Assembly (NCBI GenBank): GCA_963786955.1
Contig: CAWBAT010000004.1
Span: 160,001-224,000 of the forward strand
DNA: 64,000 nt
Direction: 5' to 3'
Source: an uncultured Acidimicrobiia bacterium
GTDB lineage: Bacteria > Acidobacteriota > Terriglobia > Versatilivoradales > Versatilivoraceae
The notes under the pieces are model-generated. The model made no database searches and had not been told where the DNA came from. It saw only the letters and a list, made by a program, of their open reading frames with translations. Below are positions 43,770 through 54,589 of the stretch, piece by piece. The position numbers and the translations under genes were made by a program. Every line of letters starts with the position of its first letter. Position 1 is the stretch's first letter.

Positions 43770-46739
43770 TCACGGCTTGTTGGCTAAGAGCGCTGTCCAG
43801 TTCTGCACCAGGGTGAGCGGAGTGTTGCCATTCACTTCTTGGATGGGCACGGCGAACCGCTTACCATCCGGGGTCACGTCATAGAGCCCAACCCCTTGCG
43901 GTAGTTTGAAGAGAACCTGCTCCTTCCAGGCTTCAAAGCTATTGCCCCTCCCGTCAACTGCTACTGCCATCATCTGTTTGTCCCCCCCAGGATAAAAGAT
44001 TTCCTTGCCGTTCCCTCGCCACCTGGCAAGAGTGCCCCCGCTGGCTGAAATTCGCCATCTGCCGGCGAGTTCGATTGCAGCCCCTGAGGCAGTACTCAAA
44101 ACCTTGGTCGCGTCGAACGGCACAACGTAAATCTCGCCTTCGCCAGATTCATGTGAGGTATAAGCCACCCAGCGGCCGTCGGGAGAGAACTGCCCGTCAT
44201 AGGCGTGTTGGACAAACAGGCGCGGTTTTCGGTCGCCGTCGAGAGGCAGAACCCAGACTTCTTGTTGTAATGGGGTAAAGGGGGGTTCCGCGCGCACGTA
44301 TAGGATGAACCTGCCATCGGGAGACCAACTTGTAGGCCATATCGTCTGATCTGAGGTCCCCTGCGCCAGCACAAGCTCCATGCCACCCCCCCCGTTCGAA
44401 TTCATCTGGTAAATGCCCCGAGCCTTGGGAGAGAGCAAACGGAACAGAATCCGGCTTCCGTCTGGCGACCAGGTCATATGTTTGTGTTCTGCCTCGGGAT
44501 CGTTGGTGAGGGGCATAGGGAAGCCGCGGGCCAATTGTTCCACCCAGATATCTGAGCCTGTCTTACCTCCCAGGAACGCGAGCTTTGCCCCATCAGGCGA
44601 GACTCGCAGAGTGCCTGAATATCCCACCGCTTCGCCGGAACCTAGTTCTTTGCCGCCCCGGTCAAACCAGGTAATTCGTCTTTGTCTTAGTAAGTCACCC
44701 GCCTGATAAATCAGCACACCGTTTTCCGATACACTAAAGAAGCCGATGCCATATGAATCCAAAGCGATCCGTTCCGCAACTGGGTGAGCATCCCCCTTGA
44801 GCTGCCCCCGCTCCGGATCGAAAGCTTGCGCCATCAGTGTCTTTTCGAGAACATAGAACAGATACCCCGAGCCATAGGTAACATTGGGTACTTCTCCCTT
44901 CAGCAGGAGCCGATTTTCTTTTCCGTCCAGGGAGGTAAAATAGGTTCTGCTAGACGCAGTGTCAAGAGCGTGAGCGTGATAGAGGAAATGCTTTCCATCG
45001 GGCAGAAATCTCGGCCCAGAACAACCCTCATATTTGGATTTGTCCACTTCAAGAACGGGGACCGGGGCGCCACCTGAGGCCGCCATCTGGTACAGGCCTT
45101 TGCTGCTATCTGGCACAAACAGGAGAGTCTCCTCGCGGTTCCAGCTTCCTCCACCATAATCTGGGACATCTGCCACGATTCTGGCGGGACCACCTGATAG
45201 CTCAATAGTCTTCAGCTTCCCGTCGGCGTTGAACCCGAGCTTCCGGCCGTTTGGCGACCAGAACGGCAGAGTCCCTCGCTCCGTTCCCGCCAGGGGCTTG
45301 GCAGCGAGTGAGTCAAAGGAACGAATCCAAAGCAGTGTCTTTCCGTTCGCATCTTTGGCAGAGAATACTACAGCGGTTCCATCTGGAGAGAGCACAGGTA
45401 GGCCGCCATAATCGAAGCCGAAATTGAATTGGGTTTTCTCCGGTGGCGGTATTTCAGAGATGATGGCACGCGCCGGAGTTCGGACCACCCACAGGAAAGC
45501 CCAAGCACCGACGATCACAGCAATAAGTAAAGCGGCTACCAGCCCCCAGGCTAGTCTCTCACGGCTCCGCGTGGGAGCGATGGGCTTCAGACCTGCTGCG
45601 GTTGCGGGAAGCGCTCCACCGGCCTCAGCAATCCACCGCAGTTCGCTGGTCAGGTCGCGAGCCGTTTGCCAACGCTCATCAGGGTCCTTGTTCATACACT
45701 TCTTGACCAAGCGTTCCAAGGCCGGTGGGGTCAGCGGTTGAATCTTGGTGATGGGCGGGGGCTCAGAGGTCAGGATAGACGCAGCGAGGCTGGCTTTGCT
45801 GTCTCCTGCAAAGGCTTTTTGCCCTGTTGCCATCTCATACATGACCACACCGAAGGCAAAGATGTCGGTCCGGGCATCTATCTCCTTCCCCTCCACCTGC
45901 TCGGGCGCCATGTATTCCAAGGTTCCTAGAATCAGGCCTTCTTCGGTTAGGCTCTCGCTTTCGGGAAGGTAGGGCGCGCTCGCTGAGCGCGCCGTATCAC
46001 CATCGTTCGCTACTCCTTCGTGGGACGGCGGTTTCGGCGAAACCGCCCTACCTGACTTCGCCAGCCCAAAATCCAGCAGCTTCGCTCCTGTCTTCGTCAG
46101 CATGATGTTGCCCGGCTTCAGATCTCTGTGGACGACACCCTTGCGATGGGCTTGGTCCAGCGCCCCGGCGATTTCGATGGCAATCCTGAGAAGTTGCTCA
46201 GTGGGCAGGGGACCCTTCTTCAGCCGCTGTGCCAGCGTCTCTCCTTCCAGGTACTCCATCACCAGATAATCAAATCCCTCTGCTTGCCCAATGTCATACA
46301 GCGTGCAAATATGTGGATGATTCAAATTCGAAATGGCCTTTGCTTCCCGCTCAAAGCGTTTCCGCAAATCCGGCCGCAAAGATAAGTGCGAGGAAAGAAC
46401 CTTAACAGCGACAGTCCGATTGAGTCGTGTGTCGGTAGCTCGATATACTTCTCCCATGCCTCCTGCGCCCAACAGAGAAACAATCTTGTAGGCGCCAATC
46501 TGTCGGCCGAGCATGGAACGCGCCATATCTCCGGCAAGTCCCTGGGCCGCCACCTGGAGCACATGCTTGTCAATGAAAGGTGCCGCCAGGGTGTCATACC
46601 CCAGCAATGATTCCACTTCCCGCTGCAGCCCGTCATCACCGGAACAAGCCTCCCTGATGAAAGCGGTCCTCTCGCTTCCGCTTCGCTCCAGAGCCGAGTG
46701 GTAAATGGTCTCGATATCTTTCCAACGATCGGAAGACAT
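43770..46739 (-). CDS. Hanks-type Ser/Thr kinase with TM helix and extracytoplasmic TolB/PD40 propeller (unit 1)
   Basis: [32 protein letters not shown]; SPDG repeats. Confidence 0.95.
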   Translation of the reverse strand: MSSDRWKDIETIYHSALERSGSERTAFIREACSGDDGLQREVESLLGYDTLAAPFIDKHVLQVAAQGLAGDMARSMLGRQIGAYKIVSLLGAGGMGEVYRATDTRLNRTVAVKVLSSHLSLRPDLRKRFEREAKAISNLNHPHICTLYDIGQAEGFDYLVMEYLEGETLAQRLKKGPLPTEQLLRIAIEIAGALDQAHRKGVVHRDLKPGNIMLTKTGAKLLDFGLAKSGRAVSPKPPSHEGVANDGDTARSASAPYLPESESLTEEGLILGTLEYMAPEQVEGKEIDARTDIFAFGVVMYEMATGQKAFAGDSKASLAASILTSEPPPITKIQPLTPPALERLVKKCMNKDPDERWQTARDLTSELRWIAEAGGALPATAAGLKPIAPTRSRERLAWGLVAALLIAVIVGAWAFLWVVRTPARAIISEIPPPEKTQFNFGFDYGGLPVLSPDGTAVVFSAKDANGKTLLWIRSFDSLAAKPLAGTERGTLPFWSPNGRKLGFNADGKLKTIELSGGPARIVADVPDYGGGSWNREETLLFVPDSSKGLYQMAASGGAPVPVLEVDKSKYEGCSGPRFLPDGKHFLYHAHALDTASSRTYFTSLDGKENRLLLKGEVPNVTYGSGYLFYVLEKTLMAQAFDPERGQLKGDAHPVAERIALDSYGIGFFSVSENGVLIYQAGDLLRQRRITWFDRGGKELGSGEAVGYSGTLRVSPDGAKLAFLGGKTGSDIWVEQLARGFPMPLTNDPEAEHKHMTWSPDGSRILFRLLSPKARGIYQMNSNGGGGMELVLAQGTSDQTIWPTSWSPDGRFILYVRAEPPFTPLQQEVWVLPLDGDRKPRLFVQHAYDGQFSPDGRWVAYTSHESGEGEIYVVPFDATKVLSTASGAAIELAGRWRISASGGTLARWRGNGKEIFYPGGDKQMMAVAVDGRGNSFEAWKEQVLFKLPQGVGLYDVTPDGKRFAVPIQEVNGNTPLTLVQNWTALLANKP
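45968..46052. repeat. GTAG-REP doublet inside the kinase activation loop (in frame)
   Basis: GTAGGGCGCGCTCGCTGAGCGCGCC ... GGCGGTTTCGGCGAAACCGCCCTAC; copy at 53367-53451. Confidence 0.85.
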
Positions 46740-46835
46740 AAAAACAGTGATTAGTTGTCAGTGAAAAGTTACCCGCAAGATCAAACTATCCCTTCACTAT
46801 TTCAGTTGATCAATCCGGGTCTTTGCAGCCCAGTT

Positions 46836-47429
46836 TTACCCTTTTTCAGTTTCTTTTGTCTTACGCTCTTCTATTTCCCGCAATAGCCAGGCTTTGGCCA
46901 GCCGCAAATCACGCCGAACCGTTTCGGGGGAAACACTGAGAAACTGGGCCGTCTCCTCTTCGGTCATCCCACCGAAGAACCGCAATTCCACAACCTGGCT
47001 CTTTCTTGCGTCAATTTCTGCCAATGCGTTTAAGGCCTCGTCAAGCAATACAAGGTCAAAATCGGGCTCTTCGGAAATCAGCATGGCTTCATCAAGCGCC
47101 ACCTGTTGCACACCACCCCCGCGTTTGAGGTTATTTCGGGAGCGAGCGAAATCGATCAGGATACGCCGCATCAATCGCGCCGAGACGGCAAAAAAATGCG
47201 CCCTATTCTGCCAGCTCACTTGGCTCAAGTCCACCAGGCGTAGGTACGCTTCATTAACCAGGGCCGTGGTTTGCAAGGTGTGGCCCACGCTTTGCCCGCC
47301 CATGTAGTAATGAGCCAGACGGCTCAACTCCGCATGAACCAGGGGAACAAGCCTGTCGAAGGCTCCCTGGTCTCCCTGGCTCCAGGCGAGCAAGAGCTGG
47401 GTTACCTGCGGAGAGGGGGAATTCACCAT
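46836..47429 (-). CDS. ECF sigma factor, TIGR02999-like (unit 1)
   Basis: VTQLLLAWSQGD, HTLQTTALVNEAYLRL, MRRILID, VELRFFGG. Confidence 0.93.
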   Translation of the reverse strand: MVNSPSPQVTQLLLAWSQGDQGAFDRLVPLVHAELSRLAHYYMGGQSVGHTLQTTALVNEAYLRLVDLSQVSWQNRAHFFAVSARLMRRILIDFARSRNNLKRGGGVQQVALDEAMLISEEPDFDLVLLDEALNALAEIDARKSQVVELRFFGGMTEEETAQFLSVSPETVRRDLRLAKAWLLREIEERKTKETEKG

Positions 47430-47640
47430 GAGATCCTCGCTCAAACCCGGATTTCTCACCCGGGGGAAAACGGATACGCCTTGTTTGTGCGGAATGACTT
47501 TAGTCGCGTGGGGAGCCCCGGCCTAGAAGCGGTGTAGGCCGCATGTACTCACGCAACGCTGGTGTTGAGAAACCCGATTTAACTCATTTTCTAAGATTTC
47601 AAGCGAATTATAGCATTTTTTACAGAAATTCGTCAGGACC

Positions 47641-47673
47641 TTTACCGGTTTTGAAGACGTTTCACGTCTTATA
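47641..47673 (+). promoter_or_regulatory. Putative ECF promoter 1
   Basis: TTTACCGGTTT...CGTCTTAT; same spacing as at 49579 and 55707. Confidence 0.6.
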
Positions 47674-47692
47674 GAACAAGTGAGAAAACATC

Positions 47693-47854
47693 TTGAGCCG
47701 CAAAGTCGAAGCCTGTGGGCTCACGAAGGAACCGTCTTGACCTTCTGCCGTGGGGATGATCGTTTCGGATGCATTTAATTTTCCTCCCAAGACAGTTGGA
47801 TGCAAGACAAAATTCTCCCATAACAGAGGCGGATCTGCTTCGACGCTGCCTCAA
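47693..47854 (+). ncRNA. Conserved structured leader element, copy 1
   Basis: Near-identical to 55760-55922; multi-stem fold with GTCTTG/CAAGAC cross-pairing. Confidence 0.55.
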
Positions 47855-47906
47855 AAACCTTCACTTAAAGAAGAGAAGAGAGTGAGGCCTCGGAAGAGCC
47901 GTCTAA

Positions 47907-48026
47907 GGATGATGCTGTTCATATAACCCGTTCATGCTGAGCCTATCGAAGCAAGAGCAGTTCAATTGTTCGCCATTCGAAAAACTAGGTGTGAATGGTT
48001 CTTACGTGACTGAACAGTATTGAGCC
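47907..48026. mobile_element. MITE-like element with TAA duplication and an internal REP-like pair
   Basis: TAA|GGATGATGCTGTTCA ... TGAACAGTATTGAGCC|TAA. Confidence 0.55.
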
Positions 48027-48078
48027 TAAGGAAGCTTTCGTCGTCTCAACTCCACCACGTCATTGAGGAGAGAAAATC

Positions 48079-49362
48079 ATGAAAGAAAGCCCATGCACCT
48101 GGAGAATCAAATTCCTGACGATTTCCGTGGCTCTGTCATTCGCAGCGATTCCGGTACTGTTGGCTTATTCTGTTGGGCCTCCCGCCCGGAAGACGGGCTC
48201 TTCCCGTTTTGGAGAGAATAGCTGCACCGAGTGCCATACGGGCACAGCCAATTCAGGCAGTGGGAGTTTGGAGTTGAGTGGGGTACCCAATAGTTATGTC
48301 CCCGGTCAGAAATACAATATCCGCGTCACTCTTCAGCAGGAAGGCCGCAGCCGTTGGGGATTTGAATTGGCTACCCGGACGGACAATGGGGCGCAGGCTG
48401 GGCAGTTGGAAGCGGGGGCTGATGGGTATACCCAGATTATTACGGATAACGGAGTGCAGTTCATCGAGCATACGTCAACAGGCACTCGGGCCGGTACCGC
48501 CAATGGGCCGGTGAATTTTGATTTTGCCTGGACGGCTCCGACAATCAACGTTGGAGAGATCTACTTCAGTGTAGCCGGAAACGCCGCCAACAATAACGGT
48601 GATGCCGATAGTGGTGACTCTATCTATACGAAGGAAGAGCGCGTCGATCAAACATCCGGCTCAACTGTGAGCCCCTCCTCTAACGCGTTGATCGTTCCCT
48701 TCGTGATCGATACGGCGCAATTTCGAACCAATCTTGGAATGAGCAACCTGACTTCTAATCCCGTTGATGTATCAGTAGAGCTTGTGGAAGAGAGTGGTAC
48801 TTCTCTTGCGACCAAATCATTCAGCGTCCCCGCCAGTGGACTCAATCAGGTTGGGAATGTCGTGAGGAACCTCTTGGATGCGACCTCGGTTGCCAATAAG
48901 CAAGGCTACCTTATCCTGGAACCCTCCGCTGCGGGATCGATTGCGGCCTTCGCAACTCCAATTGACAACTCCACCCAGGATTCTTCCGTGATCCAAGGCA
49001 CGCGCGGGAAGTCGACCAAAGTGGTGCTTCCCACCTCCACGTCTACAGGTCGCTTCAAGACGACGTTGACCATGATCAACGACAGCAGTGCATCCAACTC
49101 GGTCGAAATTGAGCTTTACAGCACCAGCGGAGCCAGCCTGAAGACTCAGACGGTCACGCTCGCGCCCTTCGGGTCCTTCAGCACGGATGACATCCATGCA
49201 TTCCTGGGTGCGTCAGGAACTTTCGGTCCGATTGAGCTGACCTCGACAGGTGCAAATCCAAAACCGATAATTGCCATCTCTCGAGTCTATGCGGCATTGA
49301 CCACCTCAGATGGAAAGATCGGAACAGTCAGTTCCTTCTTTGTTGCAGAACCGGTTCAATAG
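48079..49362 (+). CDS. Secreted Reeler-like domain protein with a CxxCH motif and two C-terminal beta repeats
   Basis: Signal peptide, SCTECH, YVPGQKY, WGFEL, FAWTAP, GNAANNNG; FRTNLGMSN / FKTTLTMIN repeats. Confidence 0.75.
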   Translation: MKESPCTWRIKFLTISVALSFAAIPVLLAYSVGPPARKTGSSRFGENSCTECHTGTANSGSGSLELSGVPNSYVPGQKYNIRVTLQQEGRSRWGFELATRTDNGAQAGQLEAGADGYTQIITDNGVQFIEHTSTGTRAGTANGPVNFDFAWTAPTINVGEIYFSVAGNAANNNGDADSGDSIYTKEERVDQTSGSTVSPSSNALIVPFVIDTAQFRTNLGMSNLTSNPVDVSVELVEESGTSLATKSFSVPASGLNQVGNVVRNLLDATSVANKQGYLILEPSAAGSIAAFATPIDNSTQDSSVIQGTRGKSTKVVLPTSTSTGRFKTTLTMINDSSASNSVEIELYSTSGASLKTQTVTLAPFGSFSTDDIHAFLGASGTFGPIELTSTGANPKPIIAISRVYAALTTSDGKIGTVSSFFVAEPVQ

Positions 49363-49385
49363 GGAGTAATGCAGAGTTCACCCTA

Positions 49386-49489
49386 GGGACCGGTCTTCTC
49401 TCCACGTCCTCCGAATCACAGTTCGTGCTTCGATAAACTCAGCACGAACTGTGACGCGGGTGAGACTGCCGCTGGACGAGGCCGGTCCC
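49386..49489. repeat. Long imperfect hairpin downstream of the Reeler gene (REP/terminator-like)
   Basis: GGGACCGGTCT/AGGCCGGTCCC and TCACAGTTCGTGCT/AGCACGAACTGTGA. Confidence 0.65.
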
Positions 49490-49578
49490 CCCGATTGAAT
49501 ATTGTGCCTGTTTTCTAACACACCCATTTTATCACTAAAAGGCTGACAGAGAGATCATCGAAAAAAAATTTGGCTGGC

Positions 49579-49611
49579 TTTACCGGTTTTGCCCGTCTTT
49601 TCCGCCTTATA
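49579..49611 (+). promoter_or_regulatory. Putative ECF promoter 2
   Basis: TTTACCGGTTT...CGCCTTAT. Confidence 0.6.
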
Positions 49612-49790
49612 GATTGAAGCGGAAAAACTGCCACTGAGAGTAAGGCCGACCAGCTCAGGATTAAAAGTCCCAACTCATTCGGCCTAAATCAGTTGTGGGA
49701 AGACGTTGGAGACATTGCCAACGCCACTTCTATAAAACTTGGCAAGCGGCTAGCTTCGGCCGTAGCCTCAAGGGAAAAAAGGAGAATCGC

Positions 49791-50264
49791 ATGAAATTCA
49801 CTCTCAAGAATCGTACATTCCAAATACTGGTTGCTGTGTGTGCGAGTGCCGTGCTTGCCACTACTGCCTTTGCATTTGCAACTATGTGGACCTATCAAGG
49901 GACTGTTGCGGACTACGACTTCGGAGCATTTGGACCCGGTTATCCAGTACCTGGGACTGTTCAGATTCAAGCACTTACCTTGAAACCAGGGGATGTGGTG
50001 CCGTACCATTTCCACCAGAGTCTGTCATATGTGATTCTGGCTCATGGTAATGTGACCGAACAAGAGTTAGACGGACCCAACAACTGCGGACCGATCAACC
50101 TATTTGCTGCTGGAAGCGCGTTCGTGGAAACCCCAGGAAGGATTCATTCAATAACGAATCCTGGTCCAGGAGCTGCGATAATCTATTGGGCAACTATATT
50201 TCCCAAAGACGATCCGGATGGAGGCACCAAGTTTGTCGACCCGCAACCGAATTGCAGCAATTGA
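49791..50264 (+). CDS. Secreted cupin-domain protein
   Basis: AAGGAG RBS, signal peptide ending AFA, LKPGDVVPYHFH, FVETPGRIH. Confidence 0.8.
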   Translation: MKFTLKNRTFQILVAVCASAVLATTAFAFATMWTYQGTVADYDFGAFGPGYPVPGTVQIQALTLKPGDVVPYHFHQSLSYVILAHGNVTEQELDGPNNCGPINLFAAGSAFVETPGRIHSITNPGPGAAIIYWATIFPKDDPDGGTKFVDPQPNCSN

Positions 50265-50339
50265 CGTGTAGCCACTTAGAGACTCCGGGGGGTAGCTCTT
50301 CGAATCGCCGGACGGTGACTCGAAGAATGGCTTACCGCC

Positions 50340-50716
50340 CCGGAGCTCACTGGGAACCTGAGCGATGGTTCGTATTCGAGAACGCAGATCTCCCCCGTTT
50401 GGATCGGAATTCCTGGTAGCCAGAATCAGAACGGGGCTATCGGCACCTTTTTGCCCGTCGCTCGTCAGTACGTTCACAACATCGCCTTCAAACACATTGT
50501 TCCGCGTTGACCCGTACACTGTGAAGAAGTGACGAAATTAGTCGACTTGGTGCGCGTGGGGTCAGTCATGGGGCTGGCCATCGATGGGGTGGCAAATTCT
50601 TTGGCGCCGACTGGGTGCCGCATTCTTCGATCTATTCGCTTGATTTGGATACCGGGTTGGCCACCCCGATCCTGAATAAGGGCAACCTCGTCATTAGGCC
50701 AGGTTCTGCGGACTAA
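50340..50716 (+). pseudogene. Remnants of the gene family at 55949-56584
   Basis: NLSDGSYSRTQISPV..GIPGSQNQNGAIGTF and terminal KGNLVIRPGSAD*. Confidence 0.6.
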
Positions 50717-50843
50717 GTACTTCTATTCGTAATTACGGTGACGTATCTGAGATTAGGCGCCGCGTGGGGTCACGCGGCCTACAAAGTTGTAGGCCGGGTC
50801 ACCGACCCGGCGTTAACGTCACCGTATTTATGAAAAGCAGTAC
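50717..50843. mobile_element. 127-bp MITE with ~28-bp terminal inverted repeats, TAA duplication and two internal GTAG-REPs
   Basis: GTACTTCTATTCGTAATTACGGTGACGT / ACGTCACCGTATTTATGAAAAGCAGTAC; the paralogous site at 56582 is empty. Confidence 0.8.
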
Positions 50844-50994
50844 TAAGCCACCGGCAAGCCAAAATACCACTCGGCTCACTTTCCTGGGTGAACATCGCGC
50901 GCGTCTCTTGTCGAGCAAAGGCCGTGGCTGAGGGCGGGGGATGAGGGCACCCTCATCCCCTTCAGAAAGTCAGTTCCACCAACATAAAACCGTC

Positions 50995-51113
50995 TCAGGC
51001 AGCCGCCACACGCTGCACTGGGCGGTAGAGTGTATCTCTTTCAACGGGATCGCGTCCCGCTATCCGGATCAGATGTTCGATTTCCTGATGGATCATGCCA
51101 AGTGTCATCTGTG
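50995..51113 (-). pseudogene. Second copy of the mqnE 3' end
   Basis: QEIEHLIRIAGRDPVERDTLYRPVQRVAAA* versus mqnE QEIEHLIREAGRDPVERDTLYRPVHRVAAA*. Confidence 0.9.
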
Positions 51114-51156
51114 TCTGGGCAGATGCGATCCGCCCGATTAACTAAGGCATTTGGAT

Positions 51157-54135
51157 TCACGGCTTGTTGGCTAAGAGCGCGGTCCAGTTCTGCACCAAGG
51201 TGAGCGGCGTGTTGGATTGTGACCTTTTGGGTGATAATGACGAACCGCTTCCCATCCGGGGTCACTTCATACTGGGAATTACCCCAGTCTGCTACCTTGA
51301 AGAGAGCCTGCTCCTTCCGTGCTTCAAAGCTATTACCACTCCCGTCAACTTCCGCTGCCATCATCTGATCTGGCTTCTGCCGAGGTAAAAGATTTCCTTG
51401 CCGTCCCCTCGCCACCTGGGGCACCAGCCCCACTGGTCGAAATCTGCCATTTGCCGCCCAGGTTGGTTACGGCCCCGGGGTCTGTATTCAAAACCTTAGT
51501 GGCGTCGAACGGCACAACGTAAATCTGAAATTTGCCGGATTCCACGGAGGTATACGCCACCCATCGGCCGTCAGGAGAGAATTGCCCATCAAAGGCGTTT
51601 TGGACAAAGAGCCGGGGTTTGCGGTCGCCGGCGAGAGGCAGGACCCAGAATATTGTATTGCCCGGTTAGGAGGTATCCGCGCACGAAGAGGATGAACCTG
51701 CCATCCGGAGACCAGCTCGTGGGCCATAACGATCGGACGGAGGTCTCCGCCGGCAGCAGCAGCTCCTCGCCGCCTGCCCCGTTGGAATTCTTCTGGTAAA
51801 TGCCCAACCGAGCCTTGCCCGCGACTGCAGCGAACAGAATCTGGCTTCCGTCCGGCGACCAGACCGGGGCCGTAGTCAGTCCCAGGATCTGTTTGTGAGG
51901 CGCATGTGGACACCCCGCGCCAATTCGTCCACCCAGATATCACTGCTCGATCACTTGCGTCGAATGCGAGCTTTGCCCCATCAGGCGAGAGTCGCAAGAT
52001 CTCATAGCTCCCACTTTCACCAGCACTCAGCTCTTTACCGGCGCGGTCAAACCAGGTTATTCGTTTCTCTTCTTGCGAATCACCCCCCTGATAAATCAGC
52101 ACGCCGTTTTCGGATACATCAAAGAAGCCGCGACCAAAATAATCCGAAGCGACCCGTTCCGCGACTGGGTGAGCATCCCCCTTGAGTTGCCCCCGCTCCG
52201 GATCGAAAGCTTGCGCCATCAGTGTCCTGTCGCGAAGGTAGAGCAGGAAGCCCGAGGCATACGTGGCGCTGCTGCCTCCCTTAAGCAGGAGTCGATTTTC
52301 TTTTCCGTCCAAGGAGGCAAAATAAGTCCCGCTAGACGCAGGGTCAGGAGCCCATAGCGTAGATAGAGGAAATGCTTTCCATCGGGCAGGAATTTCGGCC
52401 ATAGCGAAATACAAGTATTTGGACGGGTCCAGTTTGAAAACGGGGACCGGGGCGCCGCCTGAGGCCGCCACCTGGTACAGGCCTTTGGTGATGTCTGGCA
52501 CAAACAGGAGGGTTCCCTCGCGGTTCCAGCTTCCTCCCCCATATCTGGCGCATCAGCCACGACTGCGGCGGGTCCACCCGATACCTCAAGGGTCTTCAGC
52601 TTCCCATCGGCAAAGAACCCGAGGGCTCCGGCTGTCCGCCGACCAGAATGGACGAGCTGCCCTCCCTCCGTTCCCGCCAGGGGCCGGGCAGCCAGCGAGT
52701 CAAAGGAACGGACCCAAAGCATGCTCTTTCCGTTCGCATCCATAGCAGAAAAGGCTACAGCTCTTCCATCAGGAGAGAGCACTGGCGGGCCGGCTCCGAG
52801 TGAAAGTTGAACTGAGCTTTTTCCGGTGGCAGTATTTCAGCGATGATGGCACGCGCTGGGGTTCGGACCAGGCGCAGGTAAGAAACAGCGCTGACGATGG
52901 CTGCAACAAGAAAAGCGACGGCCAACGCCCGTACAATCAGCTCACGTCTCCGCCCTCTCGCGATGGACTTCGGTCCGGCAGTTTCTGCTCCTGCCGCCGT
53001 CGCGGAAATCGCTCCACCGGCCTCAGCAATCCACTTCAATTCGCTGGTCAAGTCACGAGCCGTCTGCCAACGCTCCTCAGGATCTTTGCTCAGGCATCTC
53101 TTGACCACAGCGCTCCAAGGCCGGTGGAGTCAGCGGTTGAATCTTGGTGATGGGCGGGGGATCAGAGGTCAGGATAGCCGCTGCTAGGCTAGCCTTGCTG
53201 TCTCCTGCAAAGGCTTTTCGCCCTGTTCCCATTTCATATAGGACCACACCGAAGGCAAAGATGTCGGTCCGCGCATCTATCTCCTTCCCCTCCACCTGCT
53301 CGGGCGCCATGTATTCCAGCGTCCCTAGAATCAGGCCTTCTTCGGTCAGGCTTTCGCTTTCGGGAAGGTAGGGCGCGCTCGCTGAGCGCGCCGTGTCACC
53401 ATCGTTCGCTACTCCTTCGTAAGACGGCGGTTTCGGCGAAACCGCCCTACCTGACTTCGCCAGCCCAAAATCCAGCAGCTTGGCACCGCTCTTGGTCAGC
53501 ATGATGTTGCCCGGCTTCAGATCTCTGTGGACGACACCCTTTCGATGGGCCTGGTCCAAGGCCGTGGCGATTTCGATGGCAATCTTGAGAAGTTGCTCAG
53601 TGGGTAGAGGCCCCTTCTTCAGCCGCTTTGCCAGCGTCTCTCCTTCCAGGTACTCCATCACCAGATAATCAAATCCCTCCGCCTGTCCAATGTCATGGAG
53701 CGTGCAGATATGCGGATGATTCAGATTCGAGATGGCCTTAGCCTCTCGTTCAAAGCGTTTCCGCAAGTCCGGCCGCAGCGACAAGTGCGCGGAAAGAACC
53801 TTAATCGCGACAGCCCGATTGAGCCGCGTGTCGGTGGCCCGATACACCTCTCCCATCCCGCCCGCACCGATCCGAGCAACAATCTGGTAATGCCCAAGCT
53901 GTTTCCCGATAAGAGACTTTCGCTCTGCAGCCAGGTTCTCCGCGCCGATTTGAAGTGCCGACCTATCAATAAACCCATCCGCTCGGGCTTCATAAGCCAG
54001 CAATGATTCCACCTCACGACGCAGCTCCTCGTCTCCCTGGCAGGCTTGTTCGAGGAAGGACGGACGCTCCTCTTCCGCCACCTCTAAGGCTGCAACATAA
54101 ATCCGGCTAATGATTTCTAAACGGTTGGAAGCCAT
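51157..54135 (-). pseudogene. Ser/Thr kinase-TolB paralog (unit 2) with multiple frameshifts
   Basis: Colinear with 43770-46739 but split over many ORF fragments. Confidence 0.85.
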
Positions 54136-54589
54136 AAGTACCGCGACGCATGTTAAGTGACATCTTCACAAACAAGAACTCGCGGAATCCTTCGCACTTT
54201 GAAGGTCTGCGGGGTCTGGAACACTGCACAGCCATGCCGCACACTCCACACTTCAAGCTCTGGATTGCCCTATTTCTCTTTAATGCCGGGAACTAGGAAT
54301 GACACCCATTATACAACAATGCCGGGCATGTTGCGGGGAATTAAGACAGGCTAACGATCGAAGATCCTCATCCATTGATCTCCCTGTGTGCAATCTGATC
54401 GTTACCCATACGTCCGATTGCTGGACACAGGAGGCGGGTATCTGGTTAGGGCGGCGGGGCATGTTCGCTCCACTTCCCCGCTCCCCCGCGCTGAGAGCGG
54501 GGTTCTGGATCCTGACAGAAAATCGCGGGGGAGCGGGGTTCATATCGGGGGAACCTCGACCCAGGGCGGCGGTCGTTCCACTCCCTTGC

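Noticed and set aside
47669-47854. Similar antisense ORFs (CLASNCLGRKIKCIRNDHPH) here and at 55655-55888
   Set aside because: The similarity follows from nucleotide identity; starts and stops differ and there is no clear RBS
43770-54135. Kinase paralogs as a diversity-generating retroelement template/variable pair
   Set aside because: No reverse transcriptase, and the differences are not adenine-specific
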